DNA from: Nitrospirota bacterium
GTDB taxonomy: Bacteria; Nitrospirota; Thermodesulfovibrionia; Thermodesulfovibrionales; Dissulfurispiraceae
NCBI GenBank assembly: GCA_040754455.1
Contig: JBFMCP010000002.1
Span: 32,001-96,000 of the forward strand
Length of the DNA: 64,000 bases
Direction: 5' to 3'
Position numbers and translations under genes: made by a program. Of this stretch, positions 1 to 10,406 are shown piece after piece. The notes beneath the pieces were generated by a model. That model was not told the origin of the DNA. It did no database searches and saw nothing but the letters and a program-made list of their open reading frames with translations. Each line of letters opens with the position of its first letter. The first letter of the stretch is position 1.

Positions 1-582
1 GTTCCGCTTCCCATCTGCCTTGATACGACGAATTACAAAGCGATTGAAGCGGGGCTCAAGATCCACAACAACGAGTGGGGTAAGGCGCTCATCAATTCCA
101 CCTCGAACGATCCCGAGCGGTTTCCCATTCTGGAGCTTGCCGCCAAGTACAATTGCCAGGTTATCGGCCTCACCGTAGGTAAAGGCGGGCTGCCTGCCGA
201 TGCTGAAGAACGCGCTGCCATCGCTTCAGAGATCATGGCGCGCGCCATGGAGTATGGTGTTCCCCTCGAAGATCTCTATCTCGATCCGCTGGTACTGCAA
301 ATTGCGACAACACAGGATCAGGCGATCAAAGTCATACAGGCCATCAAGATGTTCCAGGAGCTCAATGATCCTCCGATGAAGACCGTTGTCGGTCTGAGCA
401 ATGTATCCAACGGCTGCCCCAAGCCCCTGAGACCTATCCTGAACAAATATTTTCTCGCACTGCTCATCTACGAGGGACTGACAGCAGCAATTGCAGACCC
501 TCACGAAGTCGTAGAGACCGTAAAAACAATCGATGTGATAATGGGCAAGACCCTTTATGCACATTCTTATCTCGAAATGTAG
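1..582 (+). CDS. acsE: Methyltetrahydrofolate:corrinoid FeS protein methyltransferase (5' truncated by window)
   Basis: Frame 1 is open from base 1 (VPLPICLDTTN...LINSTS). Pterin-binding motifs YLDPLV and GLSNVSNG. Directly upstream of acsD. Confidence 0.9.
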   Translation, partial: VPLPICLDTTNYKAIEAGLKIHNNEWGKALINSTSNDPERFPILELAAKYNCQVIGLTVGKGGLPADAEERAAIASEIMARAMEYGVPLEDLYLDPLVLQIATTQDQAIKVIQAIKMFQELNDPPMKTVVGLSNVSNGCPKPLRPILNKYFLALLIYEGLTAAIADPHEVVETVKTIDVIMGKTLYAHSYLEM

Positions 583-591
583 GAGGATACC

Positions 592-1530
592 ATGGCATTT
601 GCAGCTCCCAAAGAGACATATTCAGGCAAAGTATACGAAGTAGCCTTCGGCACAGAGAATGCCGTAAAGTTCGGCGGTGAGAATGTGCTTCCCTTCCACT
701 CCTTCGAAGGCAATGTCCCCAACAGGCCGGTGATAGCCTATGAGATACAGGACATCGTTCCCGATGACTGGCCGGAGACCGTTAAGAAAGTGTACGAGGG
801 CGTTTCCGGTGATCCGGTAAAGTGGGCACAGTATTGCCAGAATGAACTGAAGGCAAAGGCGATCGCCCTCAGGCTCGTGGGGACACATCCTGATAGAGGG
901 AACCGCTCACCTGAGGATGCCACAAAGACCGTCAAAGATGTCCTCGCCGCCATCAATATTCCTTTGATTATTCTCGGCAGCAACCACGTCGAAAAAGATT
1001 CTGCGGTGCTTGTTGCCGTATCCGAAGCGGCAAAAGGGAAGAATTGCATCATCGGCAAGGCGCAGGAAGCAAACTATAAGACGATCGCTGCTGCAGCAAT
1101 GGCAAACAATCACAAGCTTATCGCCATGTCGGAGCTTGATATCAACCTCTCCAAACAGCTCAACATCCTCCTCACCCAGATGGGCTTTGATAAAGAGAAA
1201 CTCATTACCGACCCCATGTGTTCGGCGCTGGGCTACGGTATTGAATATACCTACTCGGTTATGGAGAGAATCCGCCTCGCAGCTCTTACCCAGAATGATG
1301 TGACCATGCAGCCGCCGATGCTCGGCGATGTCGGCATGTATGTATGGAAGGTGAAGGAGACCATGGCTCCTGAATCGGATCTTCCGCAGTGGGGCCCGGT
1401 CAAAGAGAGAGGCATTGCATGGGAAACCACGACCGCAGGCGCCCTGCTGATCGCCGGCGCAGAGCTTCTGATCATGAGGCACCCGGATGCGGTCAAGGCA
1501 GTCGAAAAATTCATTGACGAATTAATGTAA
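592..1530 (+). CDS. acsD: Corrinoid iron-sulfur protein small subunit
   Basis: GGENVLPF, DINLSKQLN and ALGYGIEYTYSVMERIRLAAL motifs; AGGAG RBS. Confidence 0.95.
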   Translation: MAFAAPKETYSGKVYEVAFGTENAVKFGGENVLPFHSFEGNVPNRPVIAYEIQDIVPDDWPETVKKVYEGVSGDPVKWAQYCQNELKAKAIALRLVGTHPDRGNRSPEDATKTVKDVLAAINIPLIILGSNHVEKDSAVLVAVSEAAKGKNCIIGKAQEANYKTIAAAAMANNHKLIAMSELDINLSKQLNILLTQMGFDKEKLITDPMCSALGYGIEYTYSVMERIRLAALTQNDVTMQPPMLGDVGMYVWKVKETMAPESDLPQWGPVKERGIAWETTTAGALLIAGAELLIMRHPDAVKAVEKFIDELM

Positions 1531-1545
1531 GGGAGGAGATACACT

Positions 1546-2889
1546 ATGGCTCTGTCAGGCGTAGAAATATTTAAGTTGCTTCCGAAAACCAATTGCAAGA
1601 AGTGCGGCCATCCGACCTGTCTTGCGTTTGCAATGAAGCTTGCCCAGCGGCAGGCGACGCTCGATTCCTGTCCCGATGTTTCCGAAGAAGCAAAGAAGAT
1701 ACTCGGTGAAGCGTCCGCTCCTCCTATACGGCCGATTACCCTCGGCACTGGCGACAAAGCAGTGAAAATGGGAGAGGAGACGGTCCTTTTCAGACATGAA
1801 AAGAAATTCGTCAATCCCTGCGCCTTTGCCGTCGAAGTGAAAGACACCATGCCGGAAGGCGATATCGCCAGGGTCGCTGATGATGTGCTCTCATCAGAGA
1901 TGGACCGCGTCGGCCAGAAGCTGAGAATCGATGCAATCTTCGTCAACAATGCATCCGGCGATGCCGGAACGTTTGAGGCTGCGGTGAAGGCGATTACAGC
2001 AAAGGCTCCTTCGGTTGCGCTTATCCTCGGCACGAGCAATCCTGCAGCAGCAGAGGCGGCGCTCAAGATCGTCGGCGACAAGAAGCCGATCCTCTACGGT
2101 GCTGACGCATCGAACGCTGATGCAATGGCGGGCCTGGCGAAGAGCTACAAAGTCACCCTTGGCGTTACCGCAAAAGGGCTCGATGCATTGACCGACCTTA
2201 CCGAGAAGGTAAAGGGCCTCGGTGTCGAGGATATGGTTATCGATTCCGGCGCGCGGGCCGCAAAAGAGATCATCGAGCACAATACCTTTATCAGAAGAGG
2301 GGCGATAAAGAAGAATATAAAGTCAGTCGGCTATCCGGTCATCACCTTCGCACAGAGAGATGACAAGATGCTCGAACTGCTTATGGGAGTGTTGGGCGTC
2401 ACCAAATACTCTTCAATTGTCGTCATGGGCAGTGTCGAGAAGTGGAAGAGCCTCGCCCTCTTTGCCCTCAGACAGAACATCTACACCGACCCGCAGGTGC
2501 CGATGCAGGTTGAGCAGAAAATATACAAACTCGGTGAGCCGAAGCCGGAATCGCCGCTCCTTATTACCACCAACTTCTCCCTCACCTATTTTATTGTTTC
2601 CGGTGAGGCGGAGAACAGCAAAGTCCCCTGCAGGCTTGCGGTGATGGATTGCGAAGGCTTGTCGGTCTTGACCGGCTGGGCAGCGGGTAAATTTACCGCT
2701 TCAAAGATTGCACAATTCATTCAGGAAAGCGGCGTTGAGAAAGAGATCAGCCACAAGGAGCTGATCATCCCCGGCTATGTAGCAATTTTGAGCGGCGCAA
2801 TTGAGGAAAAACTCCCTGGCTGGAAGGTTACGGTCGGTCCGAGGGAGGCAAACGGACTGCCGGCGTTCCTGAAGTCACGGGCGTCGTAA
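1546..2889 (+). CDS. acsC: Corrinoid iron-sulfur protein large subunit
   Basis: N-terminal LPKTNCKKCGHPTCLAFA...CP FeS motif; RQNIYTDPQ and TTNFSLTYF. Confidence 0.96.
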   Translation: MALSGVEIFKLLPKTNCKKCGHPTCLAFAMKLAQRQATLDSCPDVSEEAKKILGEASAPPIRPITLGTGDKAVKMGEETVLFRHEKKFVNPCAFAVEVKDTMPEGDIARVADDVLSSEMDRVGQKLRIDAIFVNNASGDAGTFEAAVKAITAKAPSVALILGTSNPAAAEAALKIVGDKKPILYGADASNADAMAGLAKSYKVTLGVTAKGLDALTDLTEKVKGLGVEDMVIDSGARAAKEIIEHNTFIRRGAIKKNIKSVGYPVITFAQRDDKMLELLMGVLGVTKYSSIVVMGSVEKWKSLALFALRQNIYTDPQVPMQVEQKIYKLGEPKPESPLLITTNFSLTYFIVSGEAENSKVPCRLAVMDCEGLSVLTGWAAGKFTASKIAQFIQESGVEKEISHKELIIPGYVAILSGAIEEKLPGWKVTVGPREANGLPAFLKSRAS

Positions 2890-2939
2890 TGGCGAACATT
2901 ACATATTAACCTTGAAAGGTTAAATCATAGGAGGTCAGG

Positions 2940-5144
2940 ATGTCTAAACTAATTGCCACTGCCGCCATAAGAGGCGCAAACAAGCTTGTGGCACAAGCAG
3001 AAGAGATGCTGGAAAAGGCGATTGCAGAGAAGGGCAAAGACTTTGTCTTCGAATTCCCCGACACTGCATTCCATCTTCCGATGATCTATGCCATGACGGG
3101 CTTTGCCGTAAAGACCCTCGGCGATATGAAGACCGCCCTTGGTTTTGCAAAAGAGCTCCAGCATGAAGAACCGGAAGAGCACATCTGGAAACCCTATCTC
3201 GGTGAGGCCCTTGATTCGGGAATGGCCACCCTTTTCGCTGAAGAGATCATATTGGCGATCAGGTACATTTACGGACAGGAGCCCTGCAAGGACCCTGAGA
3301 CGGGATATGTGTACAACGGCTTTATCTCCGATACCATTCAGAGGAATCTCGGTATTCAGCTCGTTGACGGTTCGATGCCGGGGTTCGCTGCCATTCTCGG
3401 TGCGGCACCTACTGATGATATTGCCGTAAATATTGTAAGGGAGCTTCAGGAAAAGAACATCCTGACCTTCCTCGCCGGTGAGAGCAACGGCGACAGCGTT
3501 ACCAAACAGCTCCTGAGAAAGGGTGTCGAACTCGGGTGGGATGCGCGAATCGTTCCGCTCGGCCCCGATACGATCCACACACTGTATGCTCTCGACTGGG
3601 CGATCAGAGCTTCCCTCATCTTTGGCGGCAAGAAGCCCGGCGACTACAAAGAGCATCTCAAATACCAGAAAGACAGAGTTTTCGCCTTCGCGATCGCTCT
3701 CGGCCCCTTGGATGATATCAAGTGGACCACCGGCGCCGGCGCGATCAACATGGGATTCCCCGCGATCGCTGACACCGATGTGCCGGTCATTCATCCTACC
3801 GGCGTATGTACGTATGAAGAAGTCGACAAGGAATTTGATCACGCCAAGATCGTCCAGAGGGGCATCGAGCTGAGAGGCCTCAAGATCATCGTCGAGAAGC
3901 CGCCGATTCCTGTTTCCTACGGTCCCGCCTTCGAGGGCGAGAGAATCAGAAAAGAGGACACCTTCATCGAGTTCGGCGGTCAGAGGACCCCGGCATTCGA
4001 GTGGGTCAGGATGGTCGAGCTCGAGGATATCCCCGAGGACAATAAAGTCATCATCATCGGCGACAACTGGCAGGAGCTCTATGAGAAAGGCGGCAAACTG
4101 CCTCTCGGTATGGTTATTGAGGTTGCCGGTCGCAAGATGCAGAAGGACTTCGAATCCGTTATCGAGAGAAAAGTACACTCCAACATCAACGAGGCCCAAG
4201 GCGTATGGCACATGGGCCAGCGCGATATCAACTGGATAAGAATTAGTAACAATGCCAAGAAGGATGGCTTTACCCTCGAGCATCTCGGCATTATCCAGGC
4301 GACCATGACCCACAACCGCTTCAGATCCATTGTCGACAAGGTCCAGGTCAAACTCTACATCAATGAGGCTGACGTGAACCAGAAACTCGAAGAGGCGCGG
4401 GCAGCATACAAAGAGCGTGACCAGAGGCTCGGAAGCCTTACGGACGAGGCGGTAGAGACCTACTACTCCTGTCTGCTGTGTCAGTCGTTTGCTCCCAGCC
4501 ATGCCTGCGTTATCACGCCCGAGCGGCTCGGCCTCTGCGGAGCCTACAACTGGCTTGACGGAAAGGCCGCATACGAAATCGATCCTACCGGTGGCAACCA
4601 GCCTATTCAGAAGGGCGAAGTGCTCGATGCGAAACTCGGACGCTTCTCCGGCGTTGATGAATATCTGAAAAAGGCGACCGGCGGTGCAGTAGAAACGCTG
4701 AACCTCTACACGATCATGGAAAACCCCATGACCTCCTGCGGATGCTTCGAGTGCATTGTTGCGATCATCCCTGAGGCAAACGGCGTTATGATCGTCAATA
4801 GAGGATTTACCGGCATGACCCCGATCGGCATGAAGTTCTCCACCCTCGCCGGAACCGTCGGCGGCGGTGCGCAGACCCCCGGATTTATGGGAATCGGCGT
4901 CAATTTCATCCCGAGCAGGAAATTCCTTTACGGTGACGGAGGCATCAAGAGAATCGTCTGGATGCCCAAGGCGCTGAAGGAGAGGATCAAGGACGATTTC
5001 CAGAAACAGTGCGATGAGATCGGAATCCCCAACTTCCTTGATATGATTGCGGATGAAACCATCTGCGAGGATTCCGAGAAGCTCCTGGAGCATCTCTCCA
5101 ATGTGGGGCATCCGGCATTGTCTATGGATCCCATCATCGCATAA
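2940..5144 (+). CDS. acsB: Acetyl-CoA synthase (ACS)
   Basis: A-cluster ligands SCLLCQSFAP, GLCG and MTSCGCFEC. Confidence 0.96.
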   Translation: MSKLIATAAIRGANKLVAQAEEMLEKAIAEKGKDFVFEFPDTAFHLPMIYAMTGFAVKTLGDMKTALGFAKELQHEEPEEHIWKPYLGEALDSGMATLFAEEIILAIRYIYGQEPCKDPETGYVYNGFISDTIQRNLGIQLVDGSMPGFAAILGAAPTDDIAVNIVRELQEKNILTFLAGESNGDSVTKQLLRKGVELGWDARIVPLGPDTIHTLYALDWAIRASLIFGGKKPGDYKEHLKYQKDRVFAFAIALGPLDDIKWTTGAGAINMGFPAIADTDVPVIHPTGVCTYEEVDKEFDHAKIVQRGIELRGLKIIVEKPPIPVSYGPAFEGERIRKEDTFIEFGGQRTPAFEWVRMVELEDIPEDNKVIIIGDNWQELYEKGGKLPLGMVIEVAGRKMQKDFESVIERKVHSNINEAQGVWHMGQRDINWIRISNNAKKDGFTLEHLGIIQATMTHNRFRSIVDKVQVKLYINEADVNQKLEEARAAYKERDQRLGSLTDEAVETYYSCLLCQSFAPSHACVITPERLGLCGAYNWLDGKAAYEIDPTGGNQPIQKGEVLDAKLGRFSGVDEYLKKATGGAVETLNLYTIMENPMTSCGCFECIVAIIPEANGVMIVNRGFTGMTPIGMKFSTLAGTVGGGAQTPGFMGIGVNFIPSRKFLYGDGGIKRIVWMPKALKERIKDDFQKQCDEIGIPNFLDMIADETICEDSEKLLEHLSNVGHPALSMDPIIA

Positions 5145-5164
5145 GGTATAAGGAGGAACATACA

Positions 5165-7165
5165 ATGGAAAAGAAAGGCGATAAAAAAATAAGACCTGCG
5201 AATCCCGCATCCAATAGGATTCTTAAATGGGCGGAGGAGCAGAATTTAGAGACCTGCTTTGACAGAGCGGAAAAGATGAAACCCTGCCCGATCGGCCACA
5301 CCGGTGCATGCTGCAAGCTTTGCAGCATGGGACCCTGCAGGCTGACCGGCAAGAACGCCGAGGAAGAGGTAGCAGGCGTCTGCGGCGCAACGCTCGGCAC
5401 GGTTGCTGCGCGTAACCTCGTGAGGATGATTGCTGCCGGTGCCGCGGCACATACCGACCACGGCCTCGATATGGCGATGACTCTTCTGGCTGTTGCCGAA
5501 GGACATACCAAGGATTATCAGATCAAGGATGTACGGAAGCTCTATAGAGTTGCCGGCTACCTCGGCATCGAGTTCGAGGGCAGACCGGTCAACGACGTTG
5601 CCAAAGATGTAGCGCACCGGTTCATCGAGGACTTCACCAGACAGAGTGGCGAGCTGAACTATATCAGCAGGGCGCCGAAGAAGACCCAAGAAAGATGGCG
5701 CAAGTGGAATATTGTGCCGAGAGGCGCTCAGCGTGAGATCGTCGAGGCGCTGCACAGAACCCACACCGGTGTCGACATCGATCCGGACGATATCCTGCTG
5801 CACGGCCTGCGGACGGCCCTTTCCGACGGATGGGGCGGCTCCATGGTCGCCACCGACATTACGGATATTCTCTTCGGAACTCCTCATCCGGTCAGAGCTG
5901 ATGCAGGCTTTGGCGTCTTCGAAGAGGACAAGGTCAATGTCGTGGTCCACGGCCACGAGCCGACCCTTGCCGAAAAGTTTGTCGATGTGGTGAACGAGCC
6001 CGAGATGATCGAGTATGCAAAATCCAAGGGCGCGAAAGGCATCAACCTCACCGGTATGTGCTGTACGGCAAACGAGATCCTGGTTCGGCACGGTATCCCC
6101 ACCATGGGCGGCTTCACCAACCAGGAACTTGCGATCTTCACCGGCCTCGTCGATGCGATGACCGTTGACGTGCAGTGCATCATGCCGGCAATCACGAAGG
6201 CGGCAAAGAACTTCCACACAAAGGTCATCACCACCTCGCCGAAGGCGGTCATGCCTGGTGCGATCCATATGCCGTATGTTGACGAGTCCAAGGCAAAAGA
6301 GCATGCCCGTGCGGTCATCAAGGTTGCGATCGACAACTTCCCGAACAGGACCAAGAAGGGTATTCGTGACGTCAAGGACAAATACCAGATGATCACCGGC
6401 TTTTCCCATGAGTACATCGAGTACATGCTCGGCGGAAAGTGGAGGGCATCGTTCAGGCCTTTGAACGATGCGATCATGGCGGGCAGAATCCGCGGTATCG
6501 CCGGCGTCGTCGGCTGCGACAACACCAGATTCCCTGCTACCGCTGTCCACAACTACCTCATCAAAGAGTTCATCAGGCAGGACGTTTTGGTCGTCACCAC
6601 CGGCTGCGGCTCCCATGCCTGCGGCCTTGCCGGCCTGGTAACGCCTGAGCAGGCTTATGAGCTTGCCGGCCCCGGACTGAGGGAGGTCTGCGAGGCGACG
6701 GGTATGCCTCCGATCCTCAATCTCGGCGCCTGCGTCGACAACTCAAGAATTCTGACCATCGCCAGCGCAATGGCTGCCGAGGGCGGACTCTCCGATGAGA
6801 TCGGCGGCATGCCAGCGGTCGGTATCGCACCTGAGTGGATGTCCGAGAAGGCGATCGCCATCGGCTGCTATGCAGCAGCATCGGGTATCCCGGTCATCTT
6901 CGGCGGTGAGAATATCGTCTCTGCGAGTAAGGAAGTCACCAGGCTCATGACAGAGGTCTGGTTCGAGCGATTCAAGGGCGCCCTGCACTTCGAGCCCGAT
7001 CCCGAGAAGATAGTAGCCCTTACCCTCAAATACATTGACAGTGCAAGAGAAGCACTGAAGCTCAAGAAGTACGAGCCCGGCAAGTTCGGCACTGAGAAGG
7101 TGCTCCTCGACATGGCTGCACGCCGTGAGATGGAGAGGGCTCCGAGAGGACATCAGGGTTTATAA
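5165..7165 (+). CDS. cooS: Ni-dependent CO dehydrogenase catalytic subunit
   Basis: CPIG...CCKLCSMGPC (D/B clusters); C-cluster ligands HGHEP, CCTANE, DVQC, GCDN, TTGC, GACVDN. Confidence 0.96.
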   Translation: MEKKGDKKIRPANPASNRILKWAEEQNLETCFDRAEKMKPCPIGHTGACCKLCSMGPCRLTGKNAEEEVAGVCGATLGTVAARNLVRMIAAGAAAHTDHGLDMAMTLLAVAEGHTKDYQIKDVRKLYRVAGYLGIEFEGRPVNDVAKDVAHRFIEDFTRQSGELNYISRAPKKTQERWRKWNIVPRGAQREIVEALHRTHTGVDIDPDDILLHGLRTALSDGWGGSMVATDITDILFGTPHPVRADAGFGVFEEDKVNVVVHGHEPTLAEKFVDVVNEPEMIEYAKSKGAKGINLTGMCCTANEILVRHGIPTMGGFTNQELAIFTGLVDAMTVDVQCIMPAITKAAKNFHTKVITTSPKAVMPGAIHMPYVDESKAKEHARAVIKVAIDNFPNRTKKGIRDVKDKYQMITGFSHEYIEYMLGGKWRASFRPLNDAIMAGRIRGIAGVVGCDNTRFPATAVHNYLIKEFIRQDVLVVTTGCGSHACGLAGLVTPEQAYELAGPGLREVCEATGMPPILNLGACVDNSRILTIASAMAAEGGLSDEIGGMPAVGIAPEWMSEKAIAIGCYAAASGIPVIFGGENIVSASKEVTRLMTEVWFERFKGALHFEPDPEKIVALTLKYIDSAREALKLKKYEPGKFGTEKVLLDMAARREMERAPRGHQGL

Positions 7166-7184
7166 TCCAAGACAACCCAAAATC

Positions 7185-7216
7185 AAGGCGTGGTGGGAAA
7201 CTGCCACGCCTTTTTT
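7185..7216 (+). terminator. Intrinsic terminator of the acs operon
   Basis: AAGGCGTGG-loop-CCACGCCTT followed by a T-tract, just after the cooS stop. Confidence 0.85.
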
Positions 7217-7419
7217 GTTGCAGAACCCTTTTTAAACAGTCCCACCTTTTTTCAGATAACCATATGTCCCGTTGAGGATATTTAGAAAGATGGCGAAGTG
7301 CTTTGCTTCATCCATTTTGTATTACTTATCCTTTTGATTTATATAAAATAGAAAAAAAGTAACTGTTTTCAATCTTGAGCGATCTCTACATTATATATAC
7401 TTCCGCTTGCCCCCTGACC

Positions 7420-7436
7420 TGTTACTATTAGTAACA
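7420..7436. promoter_or_regulatory. Palindromic operator candidate
   Basis: Perfect inverted repeat TGTTACTA-T-TAGTAACA about 35 bp upstream of a -35 box. Confidence 0.5.
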
Positions 7437-7471
7437 TACTGATTTAAAATATTAATAGCTCTATATAAACG

Positions 7472-7500
7472 TTGAACGAGCTGTTTTGCTATGGTACGAT
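7472..7500 (+). promoter_or_regulatory. Sigma70-type promoter for the NuoEFG-like operon
   Basis: TTGAAC-17 bp-TACGAT with an extended TG. Confidence 0.55.
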
Positions 7501-7553
7501 CATAGAATTACACGCGAATAACCAAAGGTAACACGCGGCTTTAGGGAGGTAAC

Positions 7554-8066
7554 ATGAGGGCTGATAAACCCAATATCGATGAGCACTACGGTGAAATAGG
7601 TAACGTGATAACCGATGAGCAGAAAAGACGGGGCATGCTCATCCACGCCTTCCAAAAAATCCAGAAGGAACATAACTATCTTCCAGAAGAGAGCCTAAAG
7701 TATCTATCCGAGAGTCTGAACATCCCCTTGTCGGAAGTGTACAGCACGGCATCCTTTTACAAGCACTTCTATTTCAAGCCAAGAGGCAAAAATATTGTAT
7801 GCGTTTGCATGGGAACGGCCTGCCATGTGCGGGGCGCATCAAATGTCCTCAATAAGCTTGAGCAGGAATTCGGGGTAAAAGAAGGAGAGACCACCCCTGA
7901 TAAATCCATGACCCTGGAGACCGTCGGCTGTGTGGGATGCTGCGGTCTGGCACCGGTGGTAACGGTAAATGAGGAAGTAGTGGGAGACCTCAATCCCCGT
8001 AAAATGGATGAAATTATCGATATGATCAAGAACGGTGGGAATGGTAACGGAGTCGATCATGGGTAG
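7554..8066 (+). CDS. NuoE/HydC-like [2Fe-2S] subunit
   Basis: CMGTACHVRG and GCVGCCGLAP thioredoxin-like 2Fe-2S motifs. Confidence 0.9.
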   Translation: MRADKPNIDEHYGEIGNVITDEQKRRGMLIHAFQKIQKEHNYLPEESLKYLSESLNIPLSEVYSTASFYKHFYFKPRGKNIVCVCMGTACHVRGASNVLNKLEQEFGVKEGETTPDKSMTLETVGCVGCCGLAPVVTVNEEVVGDLNPRKMDEIIDMIKNGGNGNGVDHG

Positions 8067-10398
8067 ATTAAGAAATGTTGATGAATTGAGGCAGCTTAGG
8101 GAGAGGCTGAAAAACGAGACATTTCTGCCTGGCAAGGCGAGAGCACGGGTATGCTGTGGGACGGCCTGTTCTGCTACCGGCGCGCACAAGGTTATCGATG
8201 CGTTGAAAAAAGAGGCGACCACTAAAGGCATCGATATCGAAATCGTAAAGACCGGATGCCAGGGTATGTGTCAGAAGGGACCGAATATCAAGGTAGAGCC
8301 GTCCAATATTTATTATCAGAGGATCAAGCCGCACCAGGCATCATCCCTGATTACCTATACCTTCCAGCATGGATTCCCCTACCGGGAGGGACTTTATCGT
8401 CAGGATATCGCCAGTGAGCCTGCGTTGGAGATGACTGACCTGCCGTTCTATAAAAAACAGGTGCGTATCGCGCTCAGGAATAACGACAAAATCGATCCGA
8501 CGAACATTAACCATTACATCGCCGTCGGCGGCTATGCTGCATTGGAAAAGGCACTCTCGACAATGACCCCTGACGATGTGCTCAACGAGATCGACCGTGC
8601 GAACCTGAGAGGAAGAGGCGGCGCTGGTTTTCCTGCGGGCAAGAAATGGAAACACACAAAAAGCGCACCAGGAAATGTGAAGTTCGTCATTGCCAACGGT
8701 GATGAGGGCGACCCTGGCGCTTTTATGGACAGGGCCATTATGGAGGGCGATCCTCACAGCCTCTTCGAAGGGATGCTCCTCTGCGCCTATGCCATCGGCG
8801 CGCAGTACGGCTATGTCTACGTGAGGCATGAATACCCCCTGGCAGTGAAGAACCTCAAACATGCCATCAAGCAGGCCGAGGAACTCGGGTTGTTGGGCAG
8901 AAATATACTCGGTACGGATTTCAGTTTTCACCTTGATGTGCGGGAAGGGGCTGGGGCATTCGTCTGCGGTGAATCGACAGCGCTCGTTGCCTCGATCGAA
9001 GGTGAGCGTGGATTCCCGAGACCGCGTCCTCCGAGGCTTTCGGAGCAGGGTGGAGGTCTCTGGGGGCATCCGAGCAATCTGAACAACATCGAAACTTACG
9101 CCTGTGTTGCGCCCATTATCGAGAAGGGTGCCGACTGGTTCAGGAGCATCGGCACCGAGACCTCGCCGGGTACCAAGGTTTTTGCCTTAACCGGCAAAGT
9201 GAAGAATACCGGTCTCGTTGAAGTCCCCATGGGCATTACGTTGCGTGAGATCGTCTACGACCTGGGCGGCGGCATTATCGGCGATAAGGAGTTAAAAGCA
9301 GTACAGACCGGTGGCCCCTCAGGCGGCTGTATTCCGGCAAGCGATCTGGACCTGCCCGTTGATTTCGACTCGCTCTGGAAGGTCGGTTCCATGATGGGAT
9401 CGGGCGGCATGGTCGTTATGGACGAGGATACCTGCATGGTCGATGTGGCAAAGTACTTCCTTTCCTTCACCCAGTCCGAGTCGTGCGGCAAGTGCCCTCC
9501 CTGCAGGATCGGCACCTCACAGATGCTCCAGATCCTCGAGAATATCACCAGCGGGAAAGGAAAGCCCGGCGATATCGAGAAGCTTATTACACTGGGCAAA
9601 TACATCCAGAAGGCCTCGCTCTGCGGACTGGGACAGAGCGCTCCCAACCCGGTGCTGAGCACCATCAAGTATTTCCGCGAAGAATACGAGGAGCATATCT
9701 ACGATAACTACTGTCGGGCCAATGTCTGTAAAGGCACCGGCGTCTTCACCATAAACCAGACCGAGTGTATCCGCTGCGGGCTCTGCAAGGAGGCCTGCGC
9801 CTACGGTGCGGTGAGGGAAACCAGGGAGCGGTACTTCATTGACCGCGAGGAGTGCCGGCAGTGCAAGGCCTGTGCGACTGCCTGCCCTGTGGAGGCAGTG
9901 AAAATACGTAGGTGGAGTGTGGTGAAACTCGAAGAGCAGTTCAAAATTCCTTCAGATAAAATCGAGGTCCTTGAGAGGAGGGCAAGAATGACATTAAAAG
10001 ACCTGTTACAGAAAAAACCTTTGATCGTTGAGACCTGCAGCACGAACTGTATTGTCGCCGATGCGGTTACGATTATGGACGGCAAAAATATCGGCTCGCT
10101 GCTGGTTATGGACGACAATAAAGAGCTGGTCGGCATTTTTACCGAACGTGACATCATGCACTGCTTTGCGAAAGGCGTCAACTTCAAGACCGAGATCATG
10201 AAGAATGTTATGACCCCGAATCCGGTTATTCTTGACGCTTCGACCGACATCAGCGTCGCCATCGGCCTTATGTCGGATCGGAAGATCAGGCATCTGCCGG
10301 TAATGGAAAACGACAAGGTGATCGGCATGGTTTCCTATCGTGACCTCGTATCGTATCTGTTGCCCGAAGTCATCTACATGGCAGAGGAAATTTATTAG
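8059..10398 (+). CDS. NuoF/HydB-like FMN/NADH-binding subunit with 2[4Fe-4S] ferredoxin and C-terminal CBS pair
   Basis: GRGGAGFP, NGDEGDPGAFMDR, ESCGKCPPCRIG, two CxxCxxCxxxC motifs, then CBS motifs (LVGIFTERD, IRHLPV, GMVSYRDL). Start placed at the ATG after GGAG. Confidence 0.9.
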   Translation: MGRLRNVDELRQLRERLKNETFLPGKARARVCCGTACSATGAHKVIDALKKEATTKGIDIEIVKTGCQGMCQKGPNIKVEPSNIYYQRIKPHQASSLITYTFQHGFPYREGLYRQDIASEPALEMTDLPFYKKQVRIALRNNDKIDPTNINHYIAVGGYAALEKALSTMTPDDVLNEIDRANLRGRGGAGFPAGKKWKHTKSAPGNVKFVIANGDEGDPGAFMDRAIMEGDPHSLFEGMLLCAYAIGAQYGYVYVRHEYPLAVKNLKHAIKQAEELGLLGRNILGTDFSFHLDVREGAGAFVCGESTALVASIEGERGFPRPRPPRLSEQGGGLWGHPSNLNNIETYACVAPIIEKGADWFRSIGTETSPGTKVFALTGKVKNTGLVEVPMGITLREIVYDLGGGIIGDKELKAVQTGGPSGGCIPASDLDLPVDFDSLWKVGSMMGSGGMVVMDEDTCMVDVAKYFLSFTQSESCGKCPPCRIGTSQMLQILENITSGKGKPGDIEKLITLGKYIQKASLCGLGQSAPNPVLSTIKYFREEYEEHIYDNYCRANVCKGTGVFTINQTECIRCGLCKEACAYGAVRETRERYFIDREECRQCKACATACPVEAVKIRRWSVVKLEEQFKIPSDKIEVLERRARMTLKDLLQKKPLIVETCSTNCIVADAVTIMDGKNIGSLLVMDDNKELVGIFTERDIMHCFAKGVNFKTEIMKNVMTPNPVILDASTDISVAIGLMSDRKIRHLPVMENDKVIGMVSYRDLVSYLLPEVIYMAEEIY

Positions 10399-10406
10399 AG
10401 GTAGCT

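Noticed and set aside
2949..6616. Long minus-strand ORFs (753 aa and 456 aa) opposite acsB and cooS
   Set aside because: Antisense shadows of GC3-biased genes with no motifs. The same applies to similar shadows across the window.
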